A stretch of DNA of 64,000 bases from Macrostomum lignano (lineage: Eukaryota), in contig NIVC01003083.1 in NCBI GenBank assembly GCA_002269645.1, positions 1 through 64,000 of the forward strand. Direction: 5' to 3'. The notes beneath the pieces were generated by a model, which was given only the letters and a program-made list of their open reading frames with translations, was not told the DNA's origin and did no database searches. The position numbers and the translations under genes were made by a program. Shown here in pieces: positions 48,550-60,029 of this stretch (within the stretch, counting starts at the first letter, position 1; every line of letters begins with the position of its first letter).

Positions 48550-48870
48550 CCTCCGGCCCGAGGGTCCTTGAAACTTCACAATAGCAATCCGGCCGGCTTC
48601 ATGGTTTGTGCCTTTTCTCAGCTCTCTTCTCTCTGATCTCTTCTCATCTCCCTTTCCTCTCTCTTCTCCCTCCTTTATCCTCTACTCTCTCCTCTTCTAT
48701 CCTCTCCTCTCTATTCTCTCCGTCCTCGCCTCTCTCCTCACAACTCCTCTCTTTTCTTTTTCCCTCATCTCTCCTTTCTCTTATCTCCATTCCCTTCTCT
48801 CCCCTCCTCTGGACCGCAGTTATTCGTTAAGTTTAATATCTGACGACTTAAGGTAAAAAAGTTTGCAGAT
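48550..48870. mobile_element. Third, partial copy of the CT-tract hAT MITE
   Basis: gggtccttgaaacttcacaatagcaatccggcc, CT tract, ccgcagtta..aaggtaaaaaagtttgc. Confidence 0.6.
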
Positions 48871-48949
48871 ACGTGAAGTAGCAGCAAGATGCTGGCTCAA
48901 AATATCGTGCCTCCAAAATGCAGTGTGTCATGGCATATCGTCAGTGACT

Positions 48950-49200
48950 GTTAGTCTAGGACTAGAGTGACAATAGAATGACTGTGAGAGTCCAGGACTA
49001 GAGTGACAATAGAATGACTGTGAGAGTCCAGGACTAGAGTGACAATCGAGTGACAGTTAGAGTCCAGGACCAGAGTGACAATAGAATGACTGTGGAAGTT
49101 CAGGACTAAAGTGACAATAGAGTGACAGTTAGAGTCCAGGACCCGAGTGGCTGTGAGGGTCAAGGACTAGAGTGACAACCGAGTGACAACAGAGTGACAA
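48950..49200. repeat. ~36-bp minisatellite (ggactagagtgacaatagaatgactgtgagagtcca)
   Basis: Direct reading. Confidence 0.85.
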
Positions 49201-49604
49201 CTCAAGTTACATGTAGGGGATGTTTGCGATCGTGAGTAAAAGATTCGCAATTCTGAAACGCAGAGTCACCCTGAAGTCGTCACTGCTGGCAACAAGCAAT
49301 GGGCGGAGACATTTGCCTTCTTGACATCTCACGGCCACGATCCCAACTACTCCCAGAGCATGCTTCATCCGTGAGCAGCTTCATCAACTCCCTTACAGCC
49401 GACTCAATCTTCCAGGATCCCTAGCTCAATTCTAGGCCTCGGCTTCAATAGCTCACGACAAACTATTGAGGCGTCTAGCTGTACAGGTGTTAGTTAGTCG
49501 TTTCTAGCTGCCTTTGGTTAATTAAATCCCTTCGGTAAAACTGATCGCCTACTAATGAGTAGCTAGTGAAGCAAATTTCCTCTTGGTCTCTCTGTGAAAG
49601 AAAT

Positions 49605-50235
49605 TTTGGCAATCTAGTCACTCTATTCTATTTTGGCAATCTAGTCACTCTATTCTATTTTGGCAATCTAGTCACTCTATTCTATTTTGGCAATCTAGTC
49701 ACTCTATTCTATTTTGGCAATCTAGTCACTCTATTCTATTTTGGCAATCTAGTCACTCTATTCTATTTTGGCAATCTAGTCACTCTATTCTATTTTGGCA
49801 ATCTAGTCACTCTATTCTATTTTGGCAATCTAGTCACTCTATTCTATTTTGGCAATCTAGTCACTCTATTCTACTTTGGCAATCTAGTCACTCTATTCTA
49901 TTTTGGCAATCTAGTCACTCTATTCTATTTTGGCAATCTAGTCACTCTATTCTACTTTGGCAATCTAGTCACTCTATTCTATTTTGGCAATCTAGTCACT
50001 CTATTCTATTTTGGCAATCTAGTCACTCTATTCTATTTTGGCAATCTAGTCACTCTATTCTATTTTGGCAATCTAGTCACTCTATTCTATTTTGGCAATC
50101 TAGTCACTCTACTCGATAGATTATGGTAAGTTTTAGTCATTCTAGTCCCCTTTAGTCATTCTAGTCCCCTTTAGTCATTCTAGTCCCCTTTAGTCATTCC
50201 ATAGTCACTTTTAGTCACTTTTAAGTCATTCTAGC
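49605..50235. repeat. 27-bp minisatellite (ttttggcaatctagtcactctattcta, ~19 copies) plus a 19-bp derivative
   Basis: Direct reading. Confidence 0.93.
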
Positions 50236-50649
50236 CACTTTTTTCATTCTAGTAAATCTTACTCATTCTGATTATGATTAGTATTGCGCTTAAGGTTAAC
50301 TTGATAATCACAGGGATTTACGCTAATCTCTATAATTACTTGATTATAGAACACGCTAAAGGAGGAGTCCCGTGGTCTCCAGATATGTCTGGGGCTGCCA
50401 ACACGTGACTTTTGAAAAGAAAATGCCCGTGACTTAGAGGATGTCAGGATTGGATGTCACACCTGAAACTGATTTGACTGAAATGCGTTTGTTTGGAATG
50501 TGTTTGTAATGTGTTTTTCTGGATTCTCTGGAATGTTGGTTGTGTCAAATGTGTTTGGTACGCTTTAAACTAGTAGCTATCTATCTAGATCGGATAGAAT
50601 CGTTCGATCTAATGTTCAACATCAGAGCAACCTATTGCTCTTGGGATAG

Positions 50650-51514
<865 letters not shown>

Positions 51515-51515
<1 letters not shown>

Positions 51516-51960
51516 GGACAAATGCCCTGGAATCACTGTACAGGTCCATCTATCTATCTATCTATCGAACGCCTTGTAGAATTCCACGAAGACACGGCTC
51601 GTTGGCAGGTCTTGCAGGCCCCGATGACGGTGCGGATGGTCGCGACCTGCTCTGTGGTGGACCTTCAAGGTCGGAAGCCGCTCTGAAGACTCAACAGCAT
51701 CTGGTTGAGGCCAGGTATGAGGCGGTTGCGGAGCGCTGCATTCAGCAGCTTCGCCATGGCGCACTCCAGCGCGATGCCACGCTGGTTGTCCAGGCTTGTA
51801 GAGGCCCCCTTCTTTGGGATCGAAACGATCTTTGTGCTCCATTGTGGTGGGGCACATACAGCCGTGTCGCCTCCAAGACTGCAGTGCTTGTTCAGCAGGC
51901 TGGCGATATGGCATGGGTTTATGGGTTAGCTAGAGCAGCTTCAAGACACATATCCTGGGA
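51515..51960 (-). pseudogene. Decayed non-LTR (RTE/CR1-like) reverse transcriptase fragment
   Basis: Minus strand: RGIALECAMAKLLNAALRNRL, LQSGFRP..STTEQVATIRTVI, FYKAFD and DLYSDSRAFV, with stops and frameshifts. Confidence 0.75.
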
Positions 51961-51999
51961 TGCGTACGCAGTCACACGCACAGGCCCACACTCACACAG

Positions 52000-52187
52000 G
52001 AGTGTACAGCGTTAGGCATGTACACTTCACTGCGCCTTGGGGGCTGGCCCTCGAGGCAGTTAATTGCACAAGCAGAGCCAAGCCGAGATTCAAATTTAAC
52101 CCCAAATTAATGTGACTGCACTTGGAATCGAGCCTGGGCCGCTGGCACATCAGAGCACCGCGCTAGAGCACTGGGCTACGCCGCTCC
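52000..52187 (-). mobile_element. Second tRNA-headed SINE-like element
   Basis: Minus strand 52187-52112: ggagcggcgtagcccagtgctctagcgc...ggctcgattcc (A/B-box-like). The body differs from the other SINE family and its extent is uncertain. Confidence 0.5.
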
Positions 52188-52523
52188 CTCCCCCTCTAGT
52201 TTACACAGAGCACAAAGTTTTTATTAACGCTTTTACTGACGTAGGCAATTTTGATACAATAAACCAAAGCGAATTCTGCCTGTGCACAGGAAACGCATCA
52301 ATGAACACACGTTTAGGTTAAGGTTTAGGTACTCCGGTTGAGAACTCTAATTACTCTTTGGTATCTCTAGCGTGACCAGCTTGTATTTGTTGTATTTGCT
52401 TCATGAACTAGTGGCAAGATTTAGAGTCTCAGAGGACTTATCAGAGTCCTATGAAATCTAACCATTTGTTAAAAGTATGCAGTGTGCACTGACTTTGCAG
52501 TTGGTGTCACGACCAGCTGTCAG

Positions 52524-52844
52524 TCAGAGCGCCGAAGCTTCCACGTCAATTCGAGTTTCTTCGCAGTTCCAGTCCAGAGCCGAGTCGAGGTCCACAACTG
52601 CCGAGTTTTCCCATAGACAACGAAACGGTTGCCAGGGCTCCATCTTGCATTTGACCACGAGGCACACGTAAGTGACAAAAAATATCAGGACAAAAACGAT
52701 TAAGCCCAGTGGCACATATCTCAGTGGGAAATTCATTTCGAAGCCATCCTCCTCCTGCTTAGGCTTACTTGAAGTAGTCCCAGCCACGTCTGAGATAATT
52801 GTTAGTGACAACGCGGTCAACAGTAGACAAGCAGATTTGATCAT
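52524..52844 (-). CDS. Small putative type-I membrane protein (106 aa)
   Basis: ATG, signal-like CLLLTALSLTIISDVAG, short ectodomain, TM YVPLGLIVFVLIFFVTYVCLVV, then KCK and LDWN. Confidence 0.55.
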   Translation of the reverse strand: MIKSACLLLTALSLTIISDVAGTTSSKPKQEEDGFEMNFPLRYVPLGLIVFVLIFFVTYVCLVVKCKMEPWQPFRCLWENSAVVDLDSALDWNCEETRIDVEASAL

Positions 52845-53078
52845 TTTGTGTTCAAACTGAAACTTGATGACGGTTAAACCTACATAGAGATCGAATTCCA
52901 GAGTCTGAATGAGAGAGAGAGAGAATTCTGGCTTGCTTGAAACATGCTTTTAAATTTGCTTCTAGTAGCCAATCAGAAATGGTCATCCCGCAATTTCTAT
53001 AGCTTAATTTCACCTGTCAAATGGTGTCTGGTCATTAGTGAATCCCTCTGATGATTTGTGCGAGTACGTACAATCGTA

Positions 53079-53350
53079 TTGCGCCGTCGGCGACTCCAGC
53101 TCGCAGGCCATCTCATCCGCGCCGAGTCGTACTGCCCACAGCCGGTGCAGGAGGTGCTGCTGCTCACGCTGCAGGCACCCTACCGGCGAGGTCAAGCGCG
53201 AACTCGGCGTTATGTCGACTGTCTGCCGGCTGACGCCGGCGCCCCGGACACTGCCGGTGGCGCGGCCTTTGTTCGCGCCCAAGCCATGAAGCGCGCCCTG
53301 TGACGCTGACTTTTGCCATCCTGACAGCGTATTTTGTTGTTGTTGTTGTT
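53079..53350 (+). mobile_element. Severely 5'-truncated LINE 3' end with (TTG)n tail and 11-bp TSD
   Basis: Encodes RRRLQLAGHLIRAE..RRGQARTRRYVD (non-LTR ORF2 C-terminus pattern). TSD gtacaatcgta at 53068-53078 and 53351-53361. Confidence 0.85.
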
Positions 53351-55134
53351 GTACAATCGTACTTGTATTGTGCCTAAAATCATTAGAATGGCACAGCTCG
53401 ACTCATTGGTTTTATGAATCTATTTAATCATGCTTAGCTTAATGACGCTAGTCTCTCAAGCATTGCGTCATGACCCCGACGCCGTCCGCACCTTCAACAG
53501 ATTACACCAAGCGACTATGGACATCCTGATGCGAAATTCTCTGATGTCACTGATCAAGCTTTTTTCAACTTTATGACTGAAAATCAATTAAAGGAAACTA
53601 AAATTGCTAAAAATAAAAAAATCATCTCTTTTGATCGTCCATACTCATGTTCCCATCTTCTGGAAGGTTGCCGACGGTGTCGGGGTGATGACGGAATGCT
53701 TGAGAGACTAGCTGAGGATGTCCAGCAGTTGAGATTTGCCCATTATTGAAGCTTGATAAAAAATCTGACCTAGTTGCAACAGGATCTTCATAGTCACCTG
53801 GTGTAATCTGTTGAAGGTGCTGACGGCGTCAATTTGATGACGGAATGCTTGAGAGACTAAGCTGAGGATGTCCAGCAGTTGAGGCTTGCCCACTGTCGAG
53901 GCTTGATCAGTGAAACTAGAGACATTTGCAACAGAGTATCCATAGTCACCTGGTGCCACCTGTAGAAGGTCCAGAAGCTCCGCCTGGGTAAAGGCTAGTG
54001 ACCAACGAAGTTACAGCTGGTGCAGACACATGTGGTCGACGTGCTGATGAAATTTGGAGGCTTGGCAAGGCTGCACTGAGGCGCAGTGCTAATTGGCGCA
54101 CAGGGGTGTACTGAATACACTGGCGCTTATGGAAAAAACCCGACCTTCTGGCAGAATCGTCGAATATCTCGACGGTCCGGAGGGCTGAAGACTTGATTCT
54201 TGTGTTGAAAAGGTGCGAAACAAAAAGTTAGCCGCTGTTCTTGAATTTCGTGTGCCTGTGTTGCTCCGTTCCGGCGCAGCAAAAAAAACTGTCGGGGGGG
54301 GGGGTTTATCACTAGCTCCCTTTTGGTAGTTCGATGGGAGGAAAAATGAATTGGTTATTCCTACTGTTAATATGATAGGCCAAATGCCTTTACTTTTATA
54401 TATTGACATTGATAAGGCTTTTCGTTTAGAAAATTAGGATTCTATGTAAATTTTATATCCCACGCTCGTACGTTACAATTGTATGTCCTATGACATAAGC
54501 GGCTGATTTGATAAACTGTACAATTTCCAAACGGACAGCAGTTTGTTTCAAAGGAAAAGTTTTTTTTTAACAGCTAGATTGTAGCGATTTGAAATAAATC
54601 AGACGTGAAGGCGGTGGTTCTTTAAAGATGTTCAATTTTAGAGGAGTAAAAGAGCAAAAGAGAAACCTGTTGGTTATTAGCTGAGTGTCTGGCCTACATT
54701 TACTGTTTCGCGGAAAATTCTAGAATTCGGGAAGTACACTGTATGTGCGGGGGAGTTAAAATTGCCTAATATGGAAAGTGGCTATCTATTTACGCTGAAA
54801 TTTAAAGAATGAAATTTTTATATTGAATTTGGGGTACGAAAAGTTAACGAAGGTCAATAAAAGGTCACTTAAAAAAACTCTTTAAATTAGTCACCCAAGA
54901 GTAACTGCTTATGAAAATCGCCGCTTAAGCTGGTCTGCATGCAGCTGCAGGATAAAGTCAGTGCCTTACGCAGAGGGGCCAGGGAACCGCCCTCCCCCCA
55001 TTCGCCCCCCGCCACAATAATTTCTCTTATTCAAAAACTGAATGAAAGAAGCAGCCGAGCTGGACAAATGATAAGGGAGCTCAACTTTTGCCACATCTTG
55101 GACGTGGCATCCACCGGCAAGGGGCGGGACACCA

Positions 55135-56320
55135 AGTGACAGGGTCGCCCAACATGAGACAGGGTCGCCCATCATGAGACAGGGTCGCCCATCATGAGAC
55201 AGGGTCGCCCATCATGAGACAGGGTCGCCCATCATGAGACAGGGGCACCCACCAAGAGACAGGGCCATGCACCCATGCACCAAGAGACAGGGGCACCAAT
55301 GCACCAAGAGACAGGGGCACCAATGCACCAAGAGACAGGGGCACCCATGCACCAAGAGACAGGGGCACCAATGCACCAAGAGACAGGGGCACCCATGCAC
55401 CAAGAGACAGGGGCACCCATGCACCAAGAGACAGGGGCACCCATGCACCAAGAGACAGGGGCACCCATGCACCAAGAGACAGGGGCACCAATGCACCAAG
55501 AGACAGGGGCACCCATGCACCAAGAGACAGGGGCACCCATGCACCAAGAGACAGGGGCACCCACCAAGAGACAGGGGCACCCATCCACCAAGAGACAGGG
55601 GGACCCACCAAGAGACAGGGGCACCCATCCACCAAGAGACAGGGGGACCCACCAAGAGACAGGGGCACCCATCCACCAAGAGACAGGGGGACCCACCAAG
55701 AGACAGGGGCACCCATGCACCAAGAGACAGGGGCACCCATGCACCAAGAGACAGGGGCACCCATCCACCAAGAGACAGGGGCACCCATGCACCAAGAGAC
55801 AGGGGCACCAATGCACCAAGAGACAGGGGCACCCATGCACCAAGAGACAGGGGCACCCATCCACCAAGAGACAGGGGCACCCATCCACCAAGAGACAGGG
55901 GCACCCATCCACCAAGAGACAGGGGCACCCATCCACCAAGAGACAGGGGCACCCATGCACCAAGAGACAGGGGCACCAATGCACCAAGAGACAGGGGCAC
56001 CCATGCACCAAGAGACAGGGGCACCCATCCACCAAGAGACAGGGGCACCCATCCACCAAGAGACAGGGGCACCCATCCACCAAAAGACAGGGGCACCAAT
56101 GCACCAAGAGACAGGGGCACCCATGCACCAAGAGACAGGGGCACCCATCCACCAAGAGACAGGGGCACCCATCCACCAAGAGACAGGGCGACCCACCAAG
56201 AGACAGGGCGACCCACCAAGAGACAAGAGGACCCACAAAGAGACAAGAGGACCCATCAAAGGACAAGAGGACCCACAAAGAGACAAGAGGACCCACCAAG
56301 AGACAAGAGGACCCACCCAG
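55135..56320. repeat. 24-bp (and 20-bp variant) GC-rich minisatellite caagagacaggggcacccatgcac
   Basis: Direct reading; explains the six overlapping repetitive ORFs. Confidence 0.95.
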
Positions 56321-56321
56321 A

Positions 56322-56707
56322 CAGGGGCGTTGCCATGGATTTTATGGTGGACAAAGCCAAGAATTCAACATGTACATATACAGGACTAAATTCCTCCTAA
56401 ATTTCCATTATTTTGAGAATCGTATTGTCAGCGCTCATTTTGGCACCGCAGGAATTCCTTTTAGCGCCAGAGGCATTCCTTTTAGCCCCGCAGGCACTTA
56501 TTTGGCGCCGCATGCACTCCTTTTGGCGGTGCAGGCACTCATTTTGCCGCCGAAAGCGCTATATTTTGGCGCCCTGAAGAAAAAAATTATTGACTACCAC
56601 AACTAGTCACAAGGTGGGGTGGGGGGACAAAGCAATGGAATGTCCCTCCCATAGCTTTTAATAGAGGGGACACGTCTCCTTTGTCCCCCCCGGTGGCGAC
56701 GCGCCTG
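56322..56707. mobile_element. MITE with TIR CAGG(G/C)GCGT(T/C)GCCA and 8-bp TSD cacccaga
   Basis: caggggcgttgccat ... ggtggcgacgcgcctg; TSD at 56314-56321 and 56708-56715. Confidence 0.8.
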
Positions 56708-56836
56708 CACCCAGAGACAGGGGCACCAACCACGATACCAAATATTGGCGGCCCACTCCCAAAATAAAATCGTGGCGTATGCCAAGGGGATTAAATATTC
56801 GAAAAACGTTTTTTTTCGCAAAAGGTCAAGCATATA

Positions 56837-57798
56837 GCTAGACAGAGGTTGGGGGGGGGGGTTCCAGTGCGGCTGCACTGGTGCTGCTGGTCGCGTACAG
56901 TCTGGCCGCCACACAGCTTCCCCCAGCACCGAGCTAGGCCCCGAACGTCGGGTGGTAGTGGTAGCAGAGGCAGCGAGAGTGCCGAGGAGCGGGCGCCGAA
57001 ATCAGCCGGGCGCCGAAGGCGGTAGGGGCGCAAGGCGGGCGCCGAAGGCGGCAGGGGCGCGAGGCGGGCGCTGAAGGCAGCAGGGCCCCAGGCGGGCGCC
57101 GAAGGCAGCAGCGTGCCAGGCGGGCGCCGAAGGCAGCAGGGCGCCAGGCGGACGCTGAAGGCAGCAGGGCGCGCGGCCGGACCACACCAGAGGCAACCGA
57201 CAGTCAGTTGCCGCCGTGAGCTGGGTCGATGCTTCTGCACAGAGGCTGGGGACGTTAGGCTAGCAGCAGCAGTGCTAACCTAGAATGAGCTGCAGCGTGT
57301 GGCGCTGGTTAGTCCAACGCGGGGGCCGAAAGGCGAGACCCCAGGAGCTACCGGGGGGCGGGCTGACTGGGCCGATTCGTGCTGCGGGGTACTGCTGTGG
57401 CTGCTGGTCTGCGGTGCTGCCGTTGCAGTCGGCCAAGGCGGTTGGCTGCCGGGACCGCACAGGGCCGACGGGTAGGCCCAGCGTTCGGCGCTGGGAGTCG
57501 GGCTCACGAATGAGGCGTAAGGCCTTAATTAGTTCAATAGATGGAATGGAATGGCAGCGAAGATTTTGTGCTGCTTTGCGCGTATATTTATATTTACACA
57601 AACTGCGCGAGATTCATGAGGGGCCAAGGGAGGTGCGAACAAGTGGCGTGGCTCGATAGGATACGCCAACCCCCCCCCCTGGCTTAGCGAGCCGGCTAGC
57701 GCGGTGCGCAACCACCCCACCTCAGCTAGACAGAGGTTGGGGGGGTGTCCAGTGCGGCTGCACTGGTGCTGCTGGTTGCGTACAGTCTGGCCGCCACA
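56837..57798. repeat. ~75-bp direct repeats (56837-56912, 57724-57798) flanking a GC-rich ~810-bp segment with ~20-bp ggcgggcgccgaaggc repeats
   Basis: agctagacagaggttggggggg..tccagtgcggctgcactggtgctgctgg..gcgtacagtctggccgccacac occurs twice. Confidence 0.75.
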
Positions 57799-58946
57799 AC
57801 ATTGTATTTTCCCTGCGCTATGATAGATCTTAAAGACTCTTTGGTTATGTAATCATCTAATCATGTATTAGATTCAGTTATGTGAATGCGTCTCATGCAT
57901 TTCCATGCCAATCTCTTTATTATTGTCAGCCCCCAAAAGAGAGTTTATTATAGTCTGCCAAAAGCTTGAGCGCCAGGCCCGACCGGTGTGTTTACTTCAG
58001 ATAACTTGGACTCGTCTGAATATTGTAAACACATGCGCTTGCTAAAGATGATGTACTCTACTAGAGTAGGCTACAGCAGAATTCTGATTCAGTCTGATTG
58101 TAACTATACATGCGTCGCCCACGAATTGATTACACTCGCTCATTTAAGGGGTTGGCGTTTTTTGGTTCCACTAACACGGAATGGGCCGAGTACTCAAGAT
58201 GCGATGCAGCATCATATAGTGTAGTTCTGCGTTAGTACCCGGCATAAATTACCCGCACTCAATGAACTCAATGTTTACGACAGCACAGTCTATCCAAAAA
58301 GTACGCCAAAGTGGTATTCCAGCTTGGACCGTGCTCAAGGATTCTAGCAGATCCCGCTGCGCGACTGCGACCAGCACTTGACGGCGTTCTCAGTGATTGA
58401 CCGCGGCCAACTCTGTTTTAAAGTTCTACCGATGGGTCTCCACGACAGTCCCGGCAGCTTTCAGCATTGCATCAATAAGCTCCTGGACGGCCTGACGCCA
58501 AAGACTGCGCTTGGCTATATGGACGACATCGTGGTGCACTCAGTGACCTTCGAGGAGCAGCTGGATAACCTGCGGACTGTACTACTACAGCGTATCATCG
58601 CAGCCAACCTCAAGGTCAAGCCGAAGAAATGTCATTTGTTCCTCAATGAGCTGCATTATTTAGGTTACGTCGTGACTCCCGACGGCCTGAAGAACTGTGA
58701 GGACAAGATTGCGCAGATCCGTGATTGGCCCGTGCACTTGATGCACGGGCCAAGTCCGTTACGCAACTGAGAAAATTCTTGGCGAGACGAAGACGTTACT
58801 GCGGCTACGAGAACGGTTTTGGAGAGCCGGATTAGCCCGTGCTACCAAAACCTTCATCAGGAAGTGTTGCACTTGTCTTGAAAGTAAATCGCGAAGGCGA
58901 GAGAGAGAGTTCCGGTCCAGAGCTTCCCAGCCTGCGAAGTTCTAGG

Positions 58947-60029
58947 CACAGATAGTTAAACACTATAAAAAATATTTCACTCTGCATTGAGTTAAGCCAT
59001 TTTTGTGTTATAGTCTATGGCTCAAAAAGTGTCTACTCTTTGGGTGAGCGTCAGCGTTCGCATGGCAAGAAAAATTGCTAGTTGCTCCAAAAAAGAATTT
59101 TGACGCAAGGCTCTGCCTACGGGTACACGAATTCAATTTTTACGAGATCAAACGAAGCGACACCCATTTGGCTACATCAAAGAGTATTGAGGTCGCCTAA
59201 TATAGAGTGCCAATAAGGATGAAAATTTGAAGCCGATTTTTAGAATCCACCCACCCCCTCCGGTCACCAAGCTGTTTAGTCTATGGCACAAGTTGTGGCT
59301 AGAATGGTGTACAAAGCCGATGCTCAAAAATATACATAGAGTGCATGAGAAAAATACAAGTAGCTAATGTAGCTGGACGAATACCATGTATGCTTAAAAC
59401 GTCCTCAAGACTTTATTTCTGTATCTATACTGTAACCGTACGTACATTGATTGCATTGTGTAAGGAGAAAAGAAGTTGAGCAGGATTCTTGCAGCAGAGT
59501 CGGAAAGACAAAAACATAAGTGATAAACAGGCAGAGTGAAGGTCCTTGAAAGGCAGACGAAAGAAGGATACAGATGCATCAGAAACGCAGTTATTGCAAT
59601 TAGCTACCGCGCACTTTAGTGGCATGGCTGTTGTTGTTCAGACGTAAGGGCTATATGGCATGGCTGTTACAGAGTTGTGTATCGACGACGGCAACTGAGT
59701 CTGGTGACTGAGCGATGTTGTCTTGCTTATTTGATACATGCATTTTCTAAGTGTGAAATGTCTTATATTTCTGAGCATCGGCTTTGTACACCATTCTAGC
59801 CACAACTTGTGCCATAGACTAAAAAGCTTGGTGACCGGAGGGGGTGGGTGGATTCTAAAAATCGGCTTCAGATTTTCATCCTTATTGGCACTCTATACTA
59901 GGCGACCTCAATACTCTTTGGGCTACATACTTTTCCCAGCGACTAAGTAGTTCACGCTACTAACCAAAGAGTAGTTGCAAAAATCTAAACAAGAGTGAAC
60001 TACTCGTATCTAGGGTTATAGTATCTGTG
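58947..60029. mobile_element. Non-autonomous DNA element (termini CACAGATA...TATCTGTG, 8-bp TSD gttctagg) inserted in the Gypsy integrase
   Basis: TSD at 58939-58946 and 60030-60037. Removing the element restores QSFPACEVLGRIDCDLVGP. Confidence 0.85.
59178..59920 (-). mobile_element. Non-autonomous P-element/THAP-like MITE with ~155-bp TIRs and 8-bp TSD ggctacat
   Basis: TIR caaagagtattgaggtcgcct... at both ends; TSD at 59170-59177 and 59921-59928. The internal ATG ORF MPLKCAVANCNNCVSDASVSFFRLPFKD is a THAP-domain N-terminus pattern. Confidence 0.85.

Noticed and set aside
49566-50129. 187-aa FGNLVTLFY repeat ORF
   Set aside because: A 27-bp minisatellite open by chance; no start context or flanking coding signal.
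55192-56606. Six overlapping 224-443 aa ORFs
   Set aside because: Translation of a 24-bp minisatellite that lacks stops in several frames.
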